DNA of 64,000 nt from Octopus vulgaris (Eukaryota), in the NCBI GenBank assembly GCA_951406725.2, contig OX597837.1:16306001-16370000 (forward strand), read 5' to 3'. Positions 24,315 to 37,094 of the stretch are shown one piece after another. A model generated the notes under the pieces. It was not told the origin of the DNA and did no database searches. It worked only from the letters and a program-made list of their open reading frames with translations. Position numbers and translations under genes: made by a program. Each line of letters starts with the position of its first letter. The first letter of the stretch is position 1.

Positions 24315-27300
24315 TCTAGTTATAAAACGTGAAATGTGTGTGTGTGTGTGTGTATGCTAAATGTTTCCACATCATCCGATTTTGATGAAATTTTTTTTCA
24401 TTAAATGGCAAATTTACCCAGACAGGTCACTGCCACTTTATCGATGCCTAGAGATACCCCCTTCTAGTAGAAAATTCAATAAAACTGAAAGGGCCCCACA
24501 CTTTTTGCAAAAAAAGGCAAAAGTTGCATGCGAGAAAAGTTTTTACAGGAATGTCCAATTTTTATAAGTTTGGTGTCAAAAGGACCATCAATTTGCGACA
24601 TTTCAGACAAATATTTTGGTGCATCCTTGAGGCCTCTGATTCCCAAGAAAATTGTGAAAAACTTAGTAAAAAACTTCATTTTTTGCAGTTTTGCAAAGTT
24701 ACGCAGAAAATGTTTTCCGAGAAAGTCTAATTTCCTTGGTTTTTGCAGCTAAAAAAACCACCATGTAACAGGGGTTCTATCAAGTATCTGTTCTATGTCC
24801 AAAGACATCCCTGTGCAACAAAAAACTGTGAAAAAAATCGATTTTTTTCAAGTTTTGCATCTTGAGAACAGCCAGAGAGTCTACTTCTCCGGCTCTAATG
24901 CTGTTCAGCTGGCACAAGAACCCAAACACACCACACTCACTGCTTTCCTCAAACTATGCACCAATGACCCCTTCGCCAAGACCCTCCTGTATCCCCAGGT
25001 TCCATCACATTACATTTGAAAAAAGAAAACATGCATTCGGGAATCAAGGAAACAAGGACAACCCGTCGAGGAACAGACAAACTTAAAATCTTCCCCCACC
25101 CTTGGAAGAGTTTACACAGTTCGCCCTAACCAACAGGAATGTTTTTACCTTCACCTACTGCTGAGGTCATGGGACTGACATCTTTCAATGACCTGAAAAG
25201 CTTCAACGGTGATGTTTTTGCTACATGCCACAAAGCCTGCCTTAAAAGTGGCCTGCTAGAAGATGGCGCTCAGTGGGACACAACAATGGGTGAAGCAGCA
25301 ACAATATGCTTGGCGAGGAGTCTTCAAAAGCTCTTTGCAGTGCTACTGCAAAGATGCGAACTCAATGATCTTGCAACCTTATGGGGAAAAATACAACAAA
25401 GACCGCTCAGAGGACTACCACCACCAACAACAACTTCTGTTGCCTCACTTGAACATCGGTTTCGACGATGAATTCTTCAACAGAGCACTCATCAACATTG
25501 AGGACAGCCTAATTACTGCCGGCGGTAACAACCTTTCATTCTATGGTCTACCGAAAGTCAGCAGAACGGGCTCGCACACACTACCAACAGGCGTTATTCA
25601 GGAAACCCTAACCCTATGACATTGATGCTCTTCAACAATACATCAACGAAAATGAGCCAAAGTTGCTTCAGGACCAGCAGCACGCATACTTCGTGAATGC
25701 AAAGGAGGTATTTTCTTTTTAGATGCCCCAGGAGGAACTGGTAAAACATTCGTGTTTAAACTCCTCCTTGCAAAAGTATGCCAGCAAAAGGGGATCGCTT
25801 TAGCTGTAGTTCCTTCCAGAATTGCCACAACTCTACTGCCCAGGGGTAGGATGGCTCATTCGACCTTCAAATTCCCGTTCAATGCTTCTGCATCCGACTC
25901 GGCCACCTGCAATATTACAAAAGACTCAGACAAAGCAGAAGTGCTGTGAAGGTGCCAGCTCATTGAGATGAATGCACCATGGCACATAAAGGATCCCTTG
26001 AAGCACTGGACAGGACCCTGAAAGACACCAGAGGCTGCATGAGCCTCAAGGGAGGCGTTTCCCTCCTTCAGTCTGGTGATTTCAGACAAACCCTACCCAT
26101 AATTCCAAAAGGCACCAGAGTCGACGCTCTAATGGCATGCATTAAGTTATCTTCTCTGTGGCTGGACATGACAATTTTGACTCTTAGAACGAAAATGAGG
26201 ACCCAGCTTTCCAGCGACAGCTTATCAGGCAACTTCTCCAAGTAACTTCACACTATTGGTGATGGTACAGCTCCCTCCGATGTGGCTGGAGAGATGGCTG
26301 TCTCACATGTAGGCACACCTGTGGACACTGTGGATGACCTTACGACTGCTGTTTTTCCCGACCTACACATAAACTACTAAAACCTGAATTGGCTGTGTGA
26401 AAGAGCCATATTAGCTCCCAAAAACACATTTGTTGTGAAACTCAATGAAAACCTACAGCAAAACCTTCCTGGAAACCTCAAAATTGGAGCTCTGGTCATG
26501 CTGCTGAGGAACCTGGAGCCACCATGTCTGTGCAATGGAATGCGCTTAGAGGTAAAAAATGTGCTGCCTCATGTTATTGAAGCAGCAATTCTCATGGGTT
26601 GCAGCATCAGAGACATCTTTCTACCCAGGATACCTTTTACTCCATCAGATTAGCAATGCCCCTGTTCCTTGCATCGACTTCAGTTCCTTCTTCAACTTTG
26701 CTTTGCCATGTCCATCAACAAGTCCCAAGGCCAAACACTAACAACAACAGGCTTCCATTTAGGCCAACCATGCTTCTTGCACAGCCAGTTATACGTCGAT
26801 TGCTCAAGAGTTGGATGCAAAAAAAAAACCTTTACGTGTTTGCTCCAAAAGTCAAAACAAAAAATGTTGTCTACTGTGAGGTGCTGTACATTGTCCAACA
26901 GCGCAGCTTCCCTGCCAAACAGGTTTATGGTGATGGGTGCTATTGCTGCCATTCTTTCAAAATTACCTGTTTTTCTTAAGTCGGTTTTTTAATTTTTTTT
27001 ATTTTCTCCCCTACAGCTTCTCAATCTCCTTGCAGAAGGCTTGAGTTTTGGCATCACTGCTTTTCATATGAACCAAAAAGGATGTTTATACCTGTTGATG
27101 GTTAACAATCCTTTTCAGGGCTATTGTGAGGACAATAACATGGCCCTTTTCAGGGTCACTTTACATTCAATTGTTGCACCTCCTGAGATGCTCTTGTCGC
27201 TTCTCCAGGGCTTTTCACCCTCTGTTGTTACTACTTTATTTATGGTCTTTGGGAAAAATCACTTCTTCCTCAATGTCATTGCTTGCAACTTTACGCAAAA

Positions 27301-27390
27301 AATCTTTGAGATGTACAACAAAAAAAGTGGTAGAACTTAAGACCATTGCCAAGTATTTAATACCCGAGCAATGCTGGGTACTCCTGCAAT
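24315..27390 (+). mobile_element. Helitron, internally deleted, with decayed PIF1-type helicase
   Basis: 5' A|TC start with (TG)n and CATCCGATTTTGATGAAATT. Helicase motifs: LDAPGGTGKTF, AHSTFK, MAHK..EALDRTLKD, GDFRQTLP, VMLLRNL..LCNG, CFAMSINKSQGQT, LYV..SRV. 3' hairpin TACCCG-AGCAATGC-TGGGTA (27361-80) with a degenerate CTAG. Confidence 0.93.
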
Positions 27391-28779
27391 TCAAGCAGTG
27401 CTGCTCTTGTGTTAGTGAAACCTCCTCAAATTGATGTCCTAACATTCTCAGGTCTTGCATGATGACTTCTTAAAGAGTCTTTCAGCTTGTGATTTAGCTT
27501 CCAACTATACTGGGCCAATGAGGATTTCTTCACCTGCCAGAAATACCAACCAAATCTCCTTAAAATCATATTTTACCCCACTAAATAAAGAAAGAACATA
27601 TTAAATAATACAGATCTAGATTCACTTTCTAATTGAAAGCTGGAATGGTTTGGTTAGTGTTTTTGATCATAGAATTGTTCAAACATGGTTGACTGGCAGC
27701 AGACAATAACAATAACTAACCAATGAGGAAGCTTCATGACCTTCATTCAATTGGCTAGAAATAGCAACTCAATCTCCTTCAAATCACACATTACCATCTT
27801 AAAAGCAGAAAGACATAATATAATCCTTGATACACTGTATTAGAAAATAAATAAATGGCAATGGTCATGGATCAGGGCTGACCGGGATTCTCTTCCCAAT
27901 AGTTTGTTATAACATATTTTTGCCAGATGACAAAATATGGTTTCCACCTGTTTCTACCAGTGTGGATATATATGTTTTTCTTGTGTGGAATTGGAATTCT
28001 TCGCATGGTGTGTGTGTGTGCGTGCGTGTCCTTGAGTCTAGATTGCCTGTCAAATTACCTGATTGATTATCCATGCTTTTAAAATATCCCCCTATCCTCA
28101 GATCCCTAGCTGTAAATATTACGTGGTCTCATTTGATCTATTATACTCTGACTGTGTTTAGTTACCAAGGAATATGAGAAATAATTTTACAGTTAGAAAT
28201 GTAGGTGCAGACATGACTAGTTAAGAAGCTTGCTTCTCAACCATGTGGTCTTGGGTTCAGTTTCACTCTGTGGCACTTTGGGCAGGTTGTCTTCTGCTAC
28301 AGCCCCAGGTTGACCAAAGCCATGTTAGTGGATTTGGTAGACAGAAACTAAAAAAAAAAAAACACAAGGTGCATGTGTGTGTACCCTTGTCTTGACATCG
28401 TGTTATGGTTGTAAATGCACATCATCATCATAAAAGAGATGTTTGCTTCAAGTGTTCTGTGAAAAGCATTTCTGGCCTTGGGAAAATATTACCCTGCTTG
28501 GAAACAGGTGAGGGTGGGCAACAGGAAAGGCACCCAGCTATAGAGCGTCTGCTAAAACAAATTCCATCTGACACATGCAAGCATGGAAGAGTGAATGTTA
28601 AATCATGATGATGATGTTGTTATTATCGCAGTTTCAACAATGCTTATTTCATTTATTTTCTTTCATTATTTTTTTTTTGTGTGTGTGAGAAAGAGTGAAT
28701 CAATAAATTTACTAAGGATTTCTTTTTTTTTTGTCTTTCTTTTCCATATATTTTCAAGAACCTTCTTCAGAATCGAAAC

Positions 28780-29710
28780 TGTTTTCAATAGTGCCACCTT
28801 CTGTTGAAGCTATGTGCACATCTCAGTTCTGCATTTCATAATCTGCCCTCATGGTTTAGTTATTATTGTCCCTTGGGCACCCACTGCTCTTGGTTCACGT
28901 CAACCTTTTTTTAAATTTGCTTCTTCTTACACTTTTCCGCTTGCTATGTTATCACCAGCAATAATTCCAAGTCCAGAGTTGTTGACAAAATATTTTCCCA
29001 TGTGTTGTCAGTAGAAGCAGCTTAATCTTCACTGCTTTTTATCTTCTACAGATCTATATAGATATTCTCATTGATTTGAAAATCTTTGACCAATACCTTG
29101 AATGCCATTTGGCCGTGAGACTTTGGAATTAGGAATTCCACATCATTACTTATTCTTTATCTCTCTTGGTTTGTCTTCTCGCCAAATTTCTCTCCAGAAC
29201 TCCTTACTTGTATATCTGCTATAGCCTGTTCTTAACTTAAGTTTCCATCGAACTCCTTAGATATTGCTTTCTGCTCTATATTGTGTATACAGTTTTGTCT
29301 ATAAATTATTCTTTGTTCAGTTTATTTTCACTCTTTTGGCAAAATCCTATTTCAACTCCTTTATTACTGCTATTACATTTCTTATTTTTATGTTATATTG
29401 TATATTATATTTTGTTATATTTTCTTTCTCAATCAACTTCCTTTGGGACCTGAACCAACTGCTTTCTTTGTCTTTTCAATAAAATTTGTCAGATTTCAAT
29501 ATTTTTATATCCCTTTGCATTCACCTCTTCTGTCATGTATCTTACTTCTCAATCCCACTTGAGATATCTTTCAATCCTTAATCATTCGTATTAATTGCTT
29601 TTATCAAATTCTTGGTTTTGGTTATATCGCTCGTTTTCACATAATGGATAATTCTTCTGACTTTCTTTTATCTCTTCTAGTTCAACCCTATCGACATTCT
29701 TGAAAGCTTT
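28780..29710 (-). pseudogene. Decayed R4/Dong-type non-LTR ORF fragment
   Basis: Minus strand ..SKEFWREIW.. resembles the pre-RT region of R4-clade elements. Heavily degraded; family assignment tentative. Confidence 0.45.
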
Positions 29711-30104
29711 TCTGTCACTAAAATATTTCTTTCTCACATTAAAGCTGCATATATATGTACGACACCATTCACATAAAAAAAAAAAAGAGTAGTATAGTTT
29801 TTCATGATGTGTGTATGTTTTTAATGGGTTTTTTTTTCTAATGCCAAAACAAGGCAAATTGATGATTTGCACTTTTACCATTATATCTTAATATGTCTGA
29901 ATTAAAAGTACAAACCATTGAATTGTATTATATTTCTTTATAACTTGCTTTGTTTTGACTTTATAGAAAATTAAGAATATTAATGAAAACGATGTTTGTC
30001 TTTGGGGAAGTGTATGCTCCATTGATGAGGTCAAAACACATTCAAAATTGTCTTCTGGGCTTGCTTAAATAATTATAACATTAATCAATGAATAATATTG
30101 TTTT

Positions 30105-30482
30105 TGTTCTTTTACTGGTTTCAGTCATTTGACTTCAGCCATGCTGGAGCACTGCCTTTAGTTAAACAAATTGACCCCAGGACTTATTCGTTGTAAGCCT
30201 AGTACTTATTCTAATGGTCTCTTTTGCCGAACCTCTAAATTACTGGGATGTAAATACACCAACATCAGTTGGAAAGCAATGTTTGGGGGGGGGGGGGGCA
30301 CACAAACACACATATATATAGACGATGGGCTTCTTTCAGTTTCCATCTACCAAATCCACTCACAAGACTTTGGTTGACCGAGACTATAGTAGAAGACACT
30401 TGCCCAAGGTGCCATGCAGTAGGACTGAACCCAGAACTATGTGGTTGGGAAGCAAGCTTCTTGTCACACAGCGACGCCTGCA
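30105..30482 (-). mobile_element. Family-B SINE with alternative tail (plus-strand tail copy at about 54360-54600)
   Basis: Head/core is the reverse complement of GCTGTGTG..AAGAAGCTTGCTTCCCAACCAC..GGCACCTTGGGCAAGTGTCTTCTACTATAG. Tail is GTGCTCCAGCATGGC..CAAATGACTGAAAC. Confidence 0.75.
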
Positions 30483-31314
30483 CCTATGTTTTTTTTTTGT
30501 TTTTGTTGTTGTTTTCTTTTCTTTTTTGTTTTGTTTGTTTTTCACACTCACTGAATAAACGTTTCTAAATAACTTTTGAATGGTTGCAAGATAGAAGACA
30601 CAAGTTAGCCATTCAGAAACACACAAAGGATGTTTAACTTCATTTAAACATTTAATGTTTGCAAAATGGTGTCAAAATTTTCATTGCTTGAAACTGCAAC
30701 CTGGTCACTTAGAAAATTTATGCTGTACAAATTTTGTTAGTGACTAAGGTCACAGGATTGAGCAACATAAATTTTGGCTCTATGTTAGTTCTCTGTGTGC
30801 CATGAGGTGCATAAGGCTGCAGCATGATCTCTCCAACCAGCTCTGTTTTCTGCCACTGTCCTCATCTTATTCCAGCTTCTCCATCCTTCTCATTTCCTTT
30901 CCTCATCAATAGTCCTTTGCTATGTGATGTTAGGGTACCCTGCTACTCTTTAACCCTCAGGCTTCCAATTCACATGCCTAAGGAGAATACTCAACAAGTG
31001 GCTGCAAAGAATCCAAAAGGACACAACTGAGATGGGAGCAGGCATCAACAAGATCAGTAATGAAATAAGACACTAGAACTGGATCAGACAAGATCAACAA
31101 ATGATGACACCATTTTACAAACAATAAATTTTTTATGTGAAGTGAATGGTTTTTGTGTTTCTGAACAGCTGATTTGTATCTTTCACAGTGGATTTAGTGT
31201 CAACACATGATCTTGGCTCAAAATACTTACCATACAGACACATTACTGTAACTTTTTAATGTTCTGTGTTAATTTTTAATGCTGACCTGTAAATCTTTTT
31301 TTTTTTTTTTTCAG

Positions 31315-31506
31315 CAATGTTTTGATTGTGGCAGTAACAATCCTACATGGGCCAGTGTAACTTATGGAGTATTCCTGTGTATAGATTGTTCAGCAGTTCA
31401 CAGATCCCTTGGAGTCCATGTTAGCTTTATCCGGTCTTCCCAGCTTGATACCAGCTGGACATGGTTGCAACTGCGTACCATGCAGGTTGGAGGTAATGGA
31501 AATGCG
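31315..31506 (+). CDS. ARFGAP2: ArfGAP2/3 exon: ArfGAP domain zinc finger (CxxC-x16-CxxC-x4-R)
   Basis: Poly-T/CAG acceptor and GTGAGT donor, 192 nt, phase 0-0. Encodes [64 protein letters not shown], the ArfGAP2/3-Glo3 signature. Confidence 0.97.
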
Positions 31507-32208
31507 GTGAGTTGGAGTTTCTGTTTTTAGTAATAATTTATGAAGATTGATGTGTCTCTTCACAAAGGTAAATAAGCAATAAGGAGAGGCTGATGTGATT
31601 TGTAATAGAAATTGACTCTGTTTATTGAACTTCATTTCAACTGATTGTCTGTCTTCCTTGGGTTCAAAATGTACAATTCACTTGCGAAGACCTGTTGAAG
31701 CAAGTGAAATCAAAATCGCTGACGTGGCTGATGACAGTACTGCCTGATTGGCACTTGTGCCAGTGGATTGTTAAAAGCACCATCCAACCGTGATCGTAGG
31801 CAGGTCCACTGACTGGCTCCTGTGCTGATGGCATGTATAAAAGGCACCATTCGTGCATGATCATTGCCAGCGTCACCTTACTGGCACATGAAAAACAACA
31901 ATCGAGCATGGTTGTTGCCAGAACTGCCTGACTGGCCCTCGTGCTAGTGGCACGTAAAAGCACCCACTACACTCTCAGAGTAGTTGACATTAGGAAGGGC
32001 ATCCAGCTGTAGAAACTTTGCCTGATCAGATTGGAGCCTTGTGCAGCCTTCTGGCTCACCAGTCTTCAGTCAACCCATGCCAGCATGGAAAGCGGATGTT
32101 AAACAAATACGATGATGATGATGAAACTCATGAAATACCATTTCGGTACTTACCTTACGTCCTCTGTTGGGAAGATTGTGAGATTTATTTGTTTGTTTAT
32201 TTTGACAG

Positions 32209-32340
32209 ATCAGTTTCTTTCGGCAACATGGCTGCACTACCAATGATGCCCAGCAGAAGTACCATAGCCGTGCTGCCAATCTCTACAGGGAACGTTTGCT
32301 AACTCAGGCTCAAAACATGATGAAACTTCATAAAGACAAG
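32209..32340 (+). CDS. ARFGAP2: ArfGAP2/3 exon: C-terminal part of GAP domain
   Basis: TTTGACAG acceptor, GTAATC donor, 132 nt, phase 0-0. Encodes [44 protein letters not shown]. Confidence 0.95.
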
Positions 32341-33229
32341 GTAATCTTTTCTTGATCCTCCATCATTACTTTCCAGGTTTTGTTTTGTTAAATATTCAGT
32401 CAGTGGGTTGACAAAATTGTTAGCTCATTGAACAAAATATTTTGCTGTATCTGCTTCAGCTTTTTTTTCAATTTTGAGTTCAAATCCCCTCAAAGCTCAA
32501 CTTGGCTTTCATCCTTCTGGCATTTATTACATCAATTAACCTCTTCCTTTTGAAAATTGTCAGCCTTGTTCATCACCGTCATAATGTTCTTTTGTCTCAT
32601 AGTGTTGTGCCTGATTTATGCTGCCTCTTCCTATCACACCACAGCTCATGGTCTAAAATGAAGAGCATTTTTTTTACCTTCTGTATAAAAATTTTTGCAG
32701 CTCTTCATATCTGTTCTTACTTTATATTGAGGAAAACTTATTAGGCTTTTTTTCTTCACTGCATCTACTCTCAGATTAAGATCATGTTTTTCAAGGTTTA
32801 TTCTAAAGTATTTTTGTCACTGTTCCCAAGGCCCTAATGATAGCCAGGAGTTTCATAACCTTGTTAACTTCTCTGTTCCAGCACTTGAGTATTTCATACT
32901 TTAAGTCAGTACAGTACTCTGCTTATACATTCTCTTTCTTTTTACTCTGCTGTCAAGTGGGCATTTATTATTATTAAGCCAGCAAGCTAGCAGAATTGTT
33001 ACCATGCCTGACAAAATGCTTAGCATTTTGCTTGTCTTTACATTCTGTGTTCAAATTCCACTAAGGAAATAAGTACCAGTCAAACACTGGGGTCAATGCA
33101 TTCGACTCTCCTCCCAAATTTCAGACTTTGTACCTATAGTACAAATTATTGGTTTGACTCTGGTTCAGTCTTATTCCTGGCAAGATTTATGTGGGTTGTG
33201 GGTTACTACATGTAACATTAGGTGTCCAC

Positions 33230-33520
33230 TACCTTTCAATAGTCTTTCAATTGCTTAAAAAACCTCCTGATAATTTTTCTTGTCTCTATGAGGCAAGCTT
33301 TCTGTCGAAGCTCTACAGGACATTTTATTCCAATCTCTTTCAACCATTTGTCTATGCATTTGCTTACAGTTCCCAATGCACCAATTATTATAGGCACAAC
33401 CTTTACAGCTTTCATATTCCAATTTTCTGCAAAATATGTCAAGCTACGAAGAAATATTATGTTGCTTGGAAACAGATTAGAGTTGGCTGCAGAAAAGCCA
33501 TTTCCCATTCAGAAGTGAAC
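33230..33520 (-). pseudogene. R4/Dong-clade LINE restriction-like endonuclease C-terminus
   Basis: WNMKAVKVVPIIIGALGTVSKCIDKWLKEIGI..VELRQKACLIET.KIIR, the typical RLE-clade ORF end. Related fragments lie near 32760-32960 and 39790-40030. Confidence 0.8.
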
Positions 33521-33609
33521 TTCTTAATGACACAAACCATACGTGGAACTTCATTCCTAAAACATTGTGCATTTTGTAGAGGGGTTTCTAACTGTTGTTT
33601 ATGTGTGTA

Positions 33610-34310
33610 TATGTGTAATGTCAGTGTGCACACATGACAGAGTGTAAACACCATGAGAGAAAAGTTGAACATAAAAAGCATCAGATGTGGTGTGCAAGGG
33701 AGATGGTATTGTCATATGTTGCATATGGATGAGGACAGCTGTGTGAAAAAGTGTCACACCCTAGCAGTAGAGGGAACCTGTGGAAGAGGTAGACCCAGGA
33801 AGACCTGGGATGAGTTGGCGAAGCATGACCTTTGAACGTTAGGCCTTACAGAGGCGATGACGAGTGACCAAGACCTTTGGGGATATGCTGTACTTGAAAA
33901 AAACCTGGCTAGCCAAGTGAGACTGTAACCATGGCTTATGCCAGTGCAGCATAACCAGCCCATTTAAGAGTACTCTTCAATCATTGGGCATTAAACTCTG
34001 CTTGCGAAGACCTGTCGAGTCATGTGAAGTCATGGTTGTAGCCAATGCCAGTATTGCCTGACTGGCTCCCATTCCAGTGGCACATGAAAAGCACCATTCA
34101 AGCATGGTCAATGCCAGTATTGCCTGACTGGCCCTCGTACTGGTGGCACGTAAAAAGCACCTACTATACTTTCAGAGTGGCTGGTGTTTGGAAGGGCATC
34201 CAGCTGTTGGAGCCTGGTACAGCCTTTTGGCTTGCCAGGCCTCAGTCAAACCATCCAACCCATGCCAGCATGGAAAGCAGACATCAAACAATGATGATGT
34301 TGATGGTATA
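33610..34310 (+). mobile_element. RTE LINE 3' end (ORF C-terminus plus 3' UTR)
   Basis: MREKLNIKSIRCGVQ..RWYCHMLHMDEDSCVKKC...GRGRPRKTWDE. The UTR ends GGAAGGGCATCCAGCTGT..CCAACCCATGCCAGCATGGAAAGC..GATGATG. UTR-only copies lie at about 31660-32120, 9770-9955 and 59280-59570 (-). Confidence 0.88.
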
Positions 34311-36235
34311 TACATATAAAGCACTCAGTTCACTCTGCTGGGTGGTTGGTGTTGGGATGGGCATCTAGTCATAAAAACCATACCAACTCAAACACAGAAG
34401 TCTGATGCAGTCTTCTGCCTGGTCGGCTCCTCTCAAACTGTCCAACCCATGCCTGCATGGAAGCTGGACATTAAACGATTATGATGGATGGATGTATGAA
34501 TATATATATATATCATTATCATCATCATTTAACACCCAGTTTTCCATACTGGCATGAGATATATGTATATATATAAATATGATGTAATAATGAAGTCCAA
34601 CCACATAGAGATATTTTGAAATCATTTAATACATACTTTAAGATCGGTGGAGTATAAAACAGGAAGCTCTTATGTGACGGATGCATTTCCTATTCTATAT
34701 TACATAGACCTGAAATGTACATATTTAATGATATCCAAATATCATTATTTGGTTTGACTTATAACTTGATGCCAGTATAAACTGGACAGTCCAGGCTCCA
34801 CTTATGTGAATACTCGAACAACAATTTGGAGGTGTTTGTTATATTTGACTTGAACCGAAAATTCTGGTACCATGCACTGCTTCTTAGCATAATGCATAAT
34901 ATATACATATAAAGCTATAACAGAAGAATTAAGACTCACTGTCCATGGGAGTTTCTATATGCTGGTGGCTGAGTTAATCAGCTTATAGGAGTTCTAGTCA
35001 GCTGGATGTGCAATGTAAGTGAGCATAAAAGACACAGTACTGATAAGCTGAGAGATGAACTCAGTGTAAGAGAAATCATTTGTAGCATGCGAGCATGAAG
35101 ACTACATTGATAGGGACATGTGATGTGTAACAAAATGCCAGGGTATGTGGTTAGGGTAAGAAGCTCTGGAAGAGGATGGCTGAGAATGAGATGAGTAGAA
35201 GTGGTGGCAAAAGCTGATCTAAGATGTTGAACCTCACAAAAGAGATGATAAAAGAATGCAGCAAGTAGCAAGACACTATGTGGGAAAGAACCGATGCAAG
35301 CCTGAAAAAGCAGACATGAAAATGATAATGATAATACATGCATGTATCTATAATGTGTGGGTATGTATAGATAAGTATATATGTATCTGTGTGTGTGTGC
35401 ACATGTACACACACGCACATATACATATATACTGATTTACTGACTGCTTTCATTGAATTCTTCATTCTAAGTGGCATGACGGTGTTCCCATGAACTTATC
35501 ACACTTAAGAATAAGTGTGTGGGTATATATATGCTTGGGTATATTTCATGCATTATATATATATATATATATATATATTTATGACAATACATATTTACAT
35601 ATACACACAGGCATATAACTAGTTCAGCTAAACAACAGCTGTTATGTGTATCAAACAAGAATCAATATTGGAACCTTTATCTGACTTTGTGTTCTTTTGA
35701 CAAATGTTAAATATCTCTGTCATGAAATTGACAATCAATAGACTCAGTTGTTGAAGCCCTGTTGATAAGCCTGTTCTTTTCTTTCAAATTGGTGCTTATA
35801 AACATCAAGTGGCAACCTGACCCAGAATGCACACCAAATGATCTGGTCATACTATTAAACTTAGCAATGGATTAGGTTTACCACACAAAATATTTTGTCC
35901 TTGTTATTGTGGGAGATGAGGAGGAAGATTGGGTTTTTCTATACTGAGAGATGAGAGCAGTTGTGACTAATCTATGATGTAATGAGCACTAACGAATTGA
36001 GGAACCAAAATCAAGGAGTATGAGATAGTGCAGCCTAGCTTTTTATAGAATATTGAGCTGAGTAAATTGTTGGTGAATTCCAACAGTTGTAAAGATTGAA
36101 ACAAAGTTGCTTGTGAGCCTGCTATTATTGATTAGACAATGTTGTTACTGTTTAACCTTAGACCAATGGGGTCGGGTTCATTAATTTTGTGGTTGTTTAT
36201 ATAAATAACAATGTAATCACATTTGTATTTCTTAG

Positions 36236-36437
36236 CTGCACCTGGATAGTACTACCCATGTGGAGGAACCAACACCACCAAAAGAAGTAGATTTCTTTGA
36301 GGAAGTTTCTGACAATATTTTGCTGTGCAACAACAGCACAAATGGTATTACAGACAGCTCTAAAGTCTTTTCAGAAACACTCACCCATAACAACAACAAT
36401 GTCAAACTCTCAGCAACAAAACTTTATACAGACACTA
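36236..36437 (+). CDS. ARFGAP2: ArfGAP2/3 exon: linker with DFF motif
   Basis: TTTCTTAG acceptor, GTAAGT donor, 202 nt, phase 0-1. Encodes LHLDSTTHVEEPTPPKEVDFFEEVSDN...KLYTDT. Confidence 0.88.
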
Positions 36438-36854
36438 GTAAGTTTCATTTTTGACTCATAAGTTAATCCATATTTTTTTGGTTTATTTTTCCTTTTCTTT
36501 TGTTCTAAATGAAGCAGGGTACCCCTGGCCCTCCCAGATAGGTAAGATTAGTACCATTAATGTTCCCAAGGCAGCATGTGGCAGTACTGTTCGCACACCA
36601 GGCGAAATGCTTAGCAGTATTTTGTTCATCTTTACATTCTGAGTTCAAATTCCACCAAGGTCATCCTTTCAGGGTTAATAAAATAAGTAACTGTTGAGCA
36701 CTGGGATCAATGTAATTGGCTTAACGACTCTTGGGTAATGAGTATAAAAACTGCATCCTTCTGTCAAGCTAGTGTGCCAGAGTATGATGATCTCAAGCCA
36801 TTCTCTGGTGGAGAGAGCATGCTGAGGCATTTGTCCTGCACTGGACTGAATATG

Positions 36855-37094
36855 TATTTCTTTACTACCCACAAGGGGCTAAACACAGAGGGGACAAACA
36901 AGGACAGACAAAGGGATTAAGTCGATTACATCGACCCCAGTGCGTAACTGGTACTTAATTTATCGACCCCGAAAGGATGAAAGGCAAAGTCGACCTCGGC
37001 GGAATTTGAACTCGGAACGTAACGACAGACGAAATACTGCTACGAATTTCGCCCGGCGTGCTAACGTTTCTACCAGCTCGCCGCCCTATCTGGA
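36855..37094 (-). mobile_element. Young full-length family-A SINE with 19-bp target-site duplication
   Basis: CpG-intact copy flanked by CTGCACTGGACTGAATATG at 36836-36854 and 37095-37113. Confidence 0.92.

Noticed and set aside
24795-26992. PIF1-like helicase as a host gene
   Set aside because: Many stops and frameshifts, no introns, and Helitron termini on both sides. It is a TE relic.
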